From Oligoflexales bacterium (GTDB lineage: Bacteria; Bdellovibrionota_B; Oligoflexia; Oligoflexales; RGVZ01), in NCBI GenBank assembly GCA_044236265.1, contig JBIIGV010000077.1:1-13609 (forward strand): 13,609 nucleotides of DNA, read 5' to 3'. This document shows, piece after piece, positions 8,240-13,609 of this stretch. Position 1 is the stretch's first letter. Every line of letters starts with the position of its first letter. The position numbers and the translations under genes are program-made. The notes under the pieces were generated by a model. That model made no database searches, was not told the DNA's origin, and saw nothing but the letters and a program-made list of their open reading frames with translations.

Positions 8240-8848
8240 ATGAAGGTTGGAATTATTGTTGGTAGTCAGCGTAAAGTTAGCCAGAGTGCTAAGGTTGCAC
8301 GGTATGTCCAGTCATCCCTTAAAAAGGTGGATCCGTCTCTCGGATTTTTTGTGCTAGACCTTGCAGCCACCCCGCTTCCTTTTTGGGATGAGGGCGTTTG
8401 GAGCGGTGACCCTTCATGGCAGAATATTTGGTCGCCAATCTCCAAGGAGCTTAAAGAGTGTTCATCATTCGTCGTAATCGCACCGGAGTACCACGGGATG
8501 GCTCCTGCGGCCTTAAAAAACTTTTTTCTGTTAGCAACAAAAGATGAAATTGGCCATAAGCCAGGATTAATCGTTGGTGTAAGTAGCGGTCGAGGGGGAA
8601 GTTACCCTGTTGTTGAGCTGCGAACGAGTTCTTACAAAAACTCACGCATTAATTGGATCCCTGATCACATGATTGTGCGAAATGCTGAGCAGGTTCTCAA
8701 TGACGATACAGCGGCGTCAGAGGATGATCGACTGACTCGTGAGCGTCTTGATTATTGTTTGCGTCTTCTTTTGCAGTATGGTCGTGCCTTAACGCTGGTT
8801 CGCGAGTCTGGTGTTGTTGACTTTAAAAATCATCCAAACGGCTTGTGA
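8240..8848 (+). CDS. NAD(P)H-dependent FMN reductase (flavodoxin-like, SsuE/ChrR-type)
   Basis: IIVGSQRKVSQS phosphate loop, APEYHGMAPAALKNFF, KPGLIVGVSSGRGG. ATG at 8240 has GAGG at 8230-8233 and is preferred over TTG at 8213. Confidence 0.92.
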   Translation: MKVGIIVGSQRKVSQSAKVARYVQSSLKKVDPSLGFFVLDLAATPLPFWDEGVWSGDPSWQNIWSPISKELKECSSFVVIAPEYHGMAPAALKNFFLLATKDEIGHKPGLIVGVSSGRGGSYPVVELRTSSYKNSRINWIPDHMIVRNAEQVLNDDTAASEDDRLTRERLDYCLRLLLQYGRALTLVRESGVVDFKNHPNGL

Positions 8849-10905
8849 GTGATCAATTGGCTCTCTTTAGCTACCTAGTTTCAGTTGGAAGTAATCTTGG
8901 CGACCGTCGAGAGACGGTTGATCGTGCGCTAGCGATGATTAGTGAACGTGGCCTTACGATTGACGCCAAATCCGAGCTCGTGGACACATCGCCGATTGGG
9001 GCTGCTGATAAAGTGTTTTTGAATGGAGCATTCATTTGCACTGGCGATATCAATCCAGATGATTTTATGCGTCTACTTCTCGATGTCGAAACGCGGCTTG
9101 GGCGGGTTCGTGATGTGCGTTGGGGTAATCGTACCATTGATCTTGATGTATTGCTTATTCGCAACGAATCTGGCGAATCAGTCGAGTGTAACTCCAGTCT
9201 GCTGACTGTACCGCATCCGCGGATGCTTGAACGCGACTTTATGCTACGGCCTGCGGCTGCCGTCGCTGGGCATTGGGTGTTGCCGTTTTCTGATCAAAAT
9301 CTTCGAGCTCTTTGTGTCTCGAGGGGCTGGCGGCCTGCATGGAATAATCTCAAAGGGAACATTAAGCTTTGGCAGGCGCTGAAGGGTGACGTCTACTCCG
9401 CTACGACATCGCGATTATGGTGGCCAGTGCTCATTGGCATGCTTTGCTTGCGTTTATGGTCCGCCACGCATATCCCGTTTGGAAATGACGAAGCCTACTA
9501 TTGGGATTGGGGGCGAAGTCCACAGCTCAGCTTTTTTGACCATCCTCCATTTGTGGCCTGGATTGCCTGGCTTTCCCGTTTGTTGACTTTTACCTGGCTT
9601 GATGGCCCCATTCAGGGGCGCTTGCTTGTGCCGCTGCTTCATCTTGCAACGACGTTAATGTTTGGGGCCTTGGTCGTGCGGTTAACCCGTCGTGTATTGA
9701 CCACGATGGAGTCGCGAGCGGTTATTCTTGTGTCTCAATTTGTTCCGGCCTTTTCTCTGGGTGGCATCATGCTGATGCCTGATGTCGGCTTGATTCTATT
9801 CAGCACAGCTGCTGTTTGGTTTGTACTTGCAATCAGTCGACGGGACCATCTGCCTTGGTGGTCCGGGGTGATCCTCGGGTTACTTCTAGGCGGTGCAGGG
9901 ATCAGTAAATATCATGCTGCACTGATCGGTGGGGGACTGTTAGCTTGGCTATTCTGGAAGCGGCAGGAGTCATTCACAAAAGAATTGCCGTTTTGGATTT
10001 CGGTGATGATCTCAGGTCTGGTCACCATTTCGCCCGTGGTTTTATGGAATGCTACAAATGATTGGGCCTCATTTAGATATCAAGCCGGACGCGGTGTGGC
10101 TGGTGGTGGCGTTAGCATGACTCGTGCTTTGAGAACTTTGGCTGGTGAGGCCGTGTTTTTAGGGCCAGCAGTTTTAATTGGCGTGTGGTTGGCCTGGAAG
10201 ACGCGTCGAAAAACGTGGAAGGATGAAGGTAGTATATTACTTTGGACGGCGCTGCCGATGCTCGTTGTCTTGAAGATTTTTTCGTTTACATCGCAAACGT
10301 TGCCTCATTGGTCGATGCCTTCTTTCTGGCTTCTGTGCGCGATTATAATTCCAGTTCTTGCAGATTCCGCCGCAATGCGTTGGACAGCTCGAATTTACGG
10401 CGTCGTGTTCTGTGTCTTTTTGCCGCTCTTTATGTCCTCAGATGTCGCGCGTCGCACGCTGCTCCGTTGGACGGGTGATCGACCGGGTCCGTTGGGCGAA
10501 ATGACGCTTTGGGAAAATGCATCGCGCGATCGTGTAATCACTGGTTACATTTTTGATCGTGCATGGATTGGAGAAGGGTCGACTGAAGCTCGAACATGTG
10601 ACCGCGGACCTGTGTTTGCAGCGCCAAGGTGGTTCACCGTTGCTCAAGTGGCGGCGAATTTGCCTGGAAATCCGTTAGTTGAAAGCTTGGATCAGGATCA
10701 TCGATCTTATTACCATTATCGGCCTAAAGGTCCCGTTGTCGGTTGCTATGTAGTGATTCTTTCAGAAAAATCTCACTGGAGAGATGATGGTTGGAGTGGA
10801 TCAATTCGAATAATTGATAAAAGAGAATTTGAAGTAGATGGGCACCGTGATCGAAAGATCGTCATCGGACGCGGCATAATCGAGGCGGATCCGTTAAGCT
10901 TTTAA
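8845..10905 (+). CDS. folK: Fusion protein: N-terminal 6-hydroxymethyl-7,8-dihydropterin pyrophosphokinase (FolK/HPPK) plus C-terminal GT-C membrane glycosyltransferase (ArnT/PMT_2, GT39/GT83-like)
   Basis: aa ~1-160: VGSNLGDR, FLNGA, ETRLGRVR..RWGNRTIDLDVL, LTVPHPRMLERDFML (HPPK signatures). aa ~190-686: DEAYYWDW...LSFFDHPPFVAW, MPD, SKY, SPVVLWNATNDWASFRYQ and LPHW with many TM helices. One uninterrupted frame; GTG start overlaps the upstream TGA (GTGA 8845-8848). Confidence 0.9.
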   Translation: MSDQLALFSYLVSVGSNLGDRRETVDRALAMISERGLTIDAKSELVDTSPIGAADKVFLNGAFICTGDINPDDFMRLLLDVETRLGRVRDVRWGNRTIDLDVLLIRNESGESVECNSSLLTVPHPRMLERDFMLRPAAAVAGHWVLPFSDQNLRALCVSRGWRPAWNNLKGNIKLWQALKGDVYSATTSRLWWPVLIGMLCLRLWSATHIPFGNDEAYYWDWGRSPQLSFFDHPPFVAWIAWLSRLLTFTWLDGPIQGRLLVPLLHLATTLMFGALVVRLTRRVLTTMESRAVILVSQFVPAFSLGGIMLMPDVGLILFSTAAVWFVLAISRRDHLPWWSGVILGLLLGGAGISKYHAALIGGGLLAWLFWKRQESFTKELPFWISVMISGLVTISPVVLWNATNDWASFRYQAGRGVAGGGVSMTRALRTLAGEAVFLGPAVLIGVWLAWKTRRKTWKDEGSILLWTALPMLVVLKIFSFTSQTLPHWSMPSFWLLCAIIIPVLADSAAMRWTARIYGVVFCVFLPLFMSSDVARRTLLRWTGDRPGPLGEMTLWENASRDRVITGYIFDRAWIGEGSTEARTCDRGPVFAAPRWFTVAQVAANLPGNPLVESLDQDHRSYYHYRPKGPVVGCYVVILSEKSHWRDDGWSGSIRIIDKREFEVDGHRDRKIVIGRGIIEADPLSF

Positions 10906-10908
10906 AAA

Positions 10909-11424
10909 TCAGAGAAACACGGAGAATCCGGATCTGACGCTTAAGCCAGTGTAAGAGGTGTCAGTTTTTCTCATGGCATATTGAATGCGGGTTGAGATGG
11001 AAACGCTGTCGGATACAAAGTAGGCAAATTCGGGACCAGTTTTCACAGTCAATGTGGAGTAGTTTTTAAACCCGTCGTTTTCATTGCCAACCGCCAGTCC
11101 GGCAAAAAAATTAAACGCAAAACCATCACCTGGATCCATGATCCAATACTTGATCAGTCCGCCCAGTTCGAGGGCTTTGGTGCTGTATGATGCATTAGAC
11201 GTTTTTCCGTATTGGAACTCTACGCCAGCCCATATTGCTTTTGCCGGCACCAGATAAAAACCATTCAAAGAGTAAGACGCCAGACTTCCTGTGGGGGCTT
11301 TCAATGACTCGTAATGCAGGTTCATCCCCATCTCTTTGGTCATGCTGCCTTTTGCGTGAGCGTGCGTTGAGTGAAAAATGCCTAAGAATGCTAAAACTGA
11401 TATCGCATGTTTCATTGAAATCAT
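10909..11424 (-). CDS. Small outer-membrane beta-barrel protein (about 8 strands)
   Basis: Sec signal peptide ending AHA, alternating aromatic/hydrophobic beta-strands (IWAGVEFQY, FNFFAGLAVG, GPEFAYF), C-terminal GFSVFL. RBS GAGGGGAG at 11434-11441. An alternative start exists at 11415. Confidence 0.75.
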   Translation of the reverse strand: MISMKHAISVLAFLGIFHSTHAHAKGSMTKEMGMNLHYESLKAPTGSLASYSLNGFYLVPAKAIWAGVEFQYGKTSNASYSTKALELGGLIKYWIMDPGDGFAFNFFAGLAVGNENDGFKNYSTLTVKTGPEFAYFVSDSVSISTRIQYAMRKTDTSYTGLSVRSGFSVFL

Positions 11425-11537
11425 TATCTTAGGCTCCCCTCATCAGCCTATAATTTTACCTTAGTTGGCTTTAAAACGCTATGATGTTGGATCGTGACCT
11501 CTGGCCTATGTTAAGATACGGCCCGGAGGGATTTGTC

Positions 11538-12437
11538 ATGACGGCCTTGCGGTGGGCGGCGGTGATTAGTGCAATTTTAGCGCTCGCGAAGGGCTTTGCC
11601 TTTGTGTGGACTGGCTCTGTTGTGGTCCTGGCAAGCTTTCTCGACTCAGCTGTCGACTCGATTCTCTCATTTGTGAACTTCAAAATATCCAAACTGTCGC
11701 AAGAGCTACCTGATCGAGAGCATCCCTATGGGCACGGTGGATTTGAAGTGCTTACGGCCATGGTGCAGGGCGTTTTAATTGCAGGATCGGGAATCTTAGT
11801 TCTTTTTCAAAGCTTAGATCGCGTGTTTTCGCCTAAGAGTATTCAGAACCTTAGTGTTGATCGGTTGCCCGTAGCGTTTGTCATTATGATTTTGTCTACA
11901 GTTTTCGCATTTGTGATCACTCTCATTCTCCAAAAATCTCGTCGGGCTGTTAAAGAAAAGGATCAGCGTAGTCTGAGTTTGGACGCAGACTATGCTCACT
12001 ACTCCGGTGATGTGTTACAAAATCTTGTGACGATTGTTGGTGTGGGCGTATCTTGGTGGTTTGATACACCCTGGGCTGATGTTACCGCTGGGTTTTTTGC
12101 TGGCGCAATTTTACTTTGGGCAGCATATCCACTTTTGCGCGAAAGTGTGCGCGATGTGATGAATACTCAGGTTGATCCCAGATTGCGGGAACAGGTTCAA
12201 AAAATAGTGGTACAGTCAGGAATTCCGGAAATAAAAGGAATGCATCGTTTGCGAACTCGAACGCTAGGTCCTAACCGGTTTGTGGATTTTCATTTGAAGC
12301 TGCCGAATCAGCTACCTCTGATCCAGGCGCACGAAATTGGTTATCGTATCGAGACCTTAATAAAGCGTGAGATTCCGGGAGTCGACGTCGTGATGCATCT
12401 GGATCCGGAAGCTGAGCCTGATGATGATGTGCACTAA
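11538..12437 (+). CDS. fieF: Cation diffusion facilitator transporter, FieF/YiiP-like
   Basis: TGSVVVLASFLDSAVD (TM2 DxxxD), PDREHPYGHG, ADYAHYSGD (TM5 HxxxD), and the cytosolic domain HRLRTR...VDFHL...AHEI...VVMHLDP. The start is uncertain: ATG 11538 has GGAGG at 11525-11529, with in-frame ATGs also at 11481, 11484 and 11508. Confidence 0.92.
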   Translation: MTALRWAAVISAILALAKGFAFVWTGSVVVLASFLDSAVDSILSFVNFKISKLSQELPDREHPYGHGGFEVLTAMVQGVLIAGSGILVLFQSLDRVFSPKSIQNLSVDRLPVAFVIMILSTVFAFVITLILQKSRRAVKEKDQRSLSLDADYAHYSGDVLQNLVTIVGVGVSWWFDTPWADVTAGFFAGAILLWAAYPLLRESVRDVMNTQVDPRLREQVQKIVVQSGIPEIKGMHRLRTRTLGPNRFVDFHLKLPNQLPLIQAHEIGYRIETLIKREIPGVDVVMHLDPEAEPDDDVH

Positions 12438-12484
12438 TCTTGGCGCGGGTCCTGTTGTAAATTTTTAGGTCGTAGGAGGCGATT

Positions 12485-13339
12485 GTGTCCAATTCAAAGA
12501 AAATAGTGATTGTGGTGGTTGGGATTTGTCTTCTAAGCCTCTGGGCAACTCTTAATCTCATCAAGGAGAGTCGTGAAACTCGGGCCGGTGAGACAGCCTC
12601 ATCCGGAACAGAGACACAACCTGAGCAGACGTCAAATGCAAGCGCTGATAAATCAGGAATTGTTGCCACTCCGGATATTAAAGAGCAACCGTCAACAGCG
12701 TCAAGCGGTCAAGCTGAAGTAACGGCGACGCCCGAGGGTGCCACGGGTGATTCAAAGGCGCAGGGAGAACAACAAGCTCCCGGCGTGATTGCCTCACAAA
12801 AGAGTGAAAAAAAATCATCAGACGCGTCCTCCGAGGGGGGAGTGGTGCAGAACAGCGCCGCAGCGACGGTGATTTCCGAGCCGGAGAAAAAGAAAATTAA
12901 ATTCCCGGGTATTGAACAACATCAAGGACGAATAATGGTGCGCGACATCCGTCATAAGATGGGTGAGGGTGAAGACCAGGTGAGCGTGACTTTGACAGTG
13001 ACAGATGGTGGCAGTGAAGCGTCGGGGCGTGTTTGGATTATAGGTGAGTACGTACAACGAGGAACCACCGGCGTTATGTATATGCCAAGTCATCAGGATC
13101 TTAATCTGTCCGCGGATGGAAAACCTCAAAATCCTGCGGTCGGGCAAACTTTCTCTATGCGTTCAAATACAGAAAAGACTTTTCTGATAAAAAGACCAGG
13201 GTTTGAAGGCGAGGAGTTGACCGCCATCCGCGTTGGGGTGTGGGATAAAAATATTAACAAGCTTCATGTCGCGCGTATGCCAATTAAAAATGGATCCCGT
13301 AAGAGCAATCAGCAGCGAGCCAAGGTCGAGGTTCAGTAA
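12485..13339 (+). CDS. Hypothetical membrane-anchored protein (single N-terminal TM, disordered linker, C-terminal beta-rich domain)
   Basis: GTG start with AGGAGG at 12474-12479; KK followed by a hydrophobic helix; about 110 aa S/T/A/E/Q-rich linker; globular beta-strand-rich C-terminus; followed by a terminator. Confidence 0.85.
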   Translation: MSNSKKIVIVVVGICLLSLWATLNLIKESRETRAGETASSGTETQPEQTSNASADKSGIVATPDIKEQPSTASSGQAEVTATPEGATGDSKAQGEQQAPGVIASQKSEKKSSDASSEGGVVQNSAAATVISEPEKKKIKFPGIEQHQGRIMVRDIRHKMGEGEDQVSVTLTVTDGGSEASGRVWIIGEYVQRGTTGVMYMPSHQDLNLSADGKPQNPAVGQTFSMRSNTEKTFLIKRPGFEGEELTAIRVGVWDKNINKLHVARMPIKNGSRKSNQQRAKVEVQ

Positions 13340-13358
13340 CTGCCGTGATGTGAATGAG

Positions 13359-13395
13359 ACAAAAGAGGTGGACAACAGGAGTCCACCTCTTTTGT
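13359..13395. terminator. Bidirectional intrinsic terminator
   Basis: Perfect 15-bp inverted repeat ACAAAAGAGGTGGAC / GTCCACCTCTTTTGT with a 7-nt loop and T-runs on both strands, between two convergent genes. Confidence 0.9.
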
Positions 13396-13403
13396 GTTTC
13401 AAA

Positions 13404-13609
13404 TCAGTGAACGTTGTATTTGTGCCCCTTCCAATCATACCCGAAGGTCAATTCGGGCATGTGATGCGTCGCTTCCGCAGGCCCGACAGGTTGAATGGTA
13501 ACGTGGCTGAAGAAGTCGGCGGTGGCTTTAATTTCTTTTTGAAGGCAGCTTCGAATGCTACGCTCCGCCAGGATGTGGAAACTGCGATGGCTCTCTGGGT
13601 TATACTCAT
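13404..13609 (-). CDS. Partial CDS (3' end only), hypothetical; possible sigma-70 region 2-like protein
   Basis: Not in the ORF track. The frame is open from the window edge (EYNPESHRSFHILAERSIRSCLQKEIKATADFFSHVTIQPVGPAEATHHMPELTFGYDWKGHKYNVH*) and stops at TGA 13406-13404, 8 bp before the terminator hairpin. Confidence 0.6.
   Translation of the reverse strand, partial: EYNPESHRSFHILAERSIRSCLQKEIKATADFFSHVTIQPVGPAEATHHMPELTFGYDWKGHKYNVH

Noticed and set aside
9321..9347. GAGGGG followed by ATG at 9339 as a separate start for the glycosyltransferase
   Set aside because: That ATG is out of frame and reads ATG GAA TAA. The next in-frame ATG (9439) lacks a well-spaced RBS and would cut into the first TM helix.
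13448..13609. Alternative minus-strand frame MSITQRAIAVSTSWRS... beginning at the window edge
   Set aside because: It has a less protein-like composition and stops further from the terminator than the frame ending at 13404.
1..13609. CRISPR array, IS/transposase, integrase, tRNA/rRNA, defence system
   Set aside because: I saw no regularly spaced repeats, terminal inverted repeats, recombinase motifs or structured RNA genes; intergenic gaps are all under about 260 bp.

Overview
A 13.6-kb, gene-dense bacterial chromosomal segment. The gene families and secreted-protein style suggest Bdellovibrionota/Oligoflexia; this is inference, not a database result. I found no mobile element, CRISPR array or RNA gene. 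In order, it holds: the 3' end of an outer-membrane beta-barrel-like gene (+); a 58-aa CxxC small protein (-); a coupled fatty-acid-hydroxylase/AGMO-like gene plus TetR regulator (-) with palindromes upstream; coupled tldD-tldE(pmbA) (-); a Cys-rich lipoprotein (-); a divergent operon of M17 leucyl aminopeptidase, NADPH-dependent FMN reductase and a single ORF fusing an intact FolK (HPPK) domain to a GT-C (ArnT/PMT_2, GT39/GT83-like) membrane glycosyltransferase (+); a small beta-barrel OMP (-); a FieF-type cation diffusion facilitator (+); a membrane-anchored hypothetical protein (+); a strong bidirectional terminator; and the 3' end of a minus-strand ORF that resembles sigma-70 region 2 with no region 4. 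The FolK-glycosyltransferase fusion is the most unusual element.
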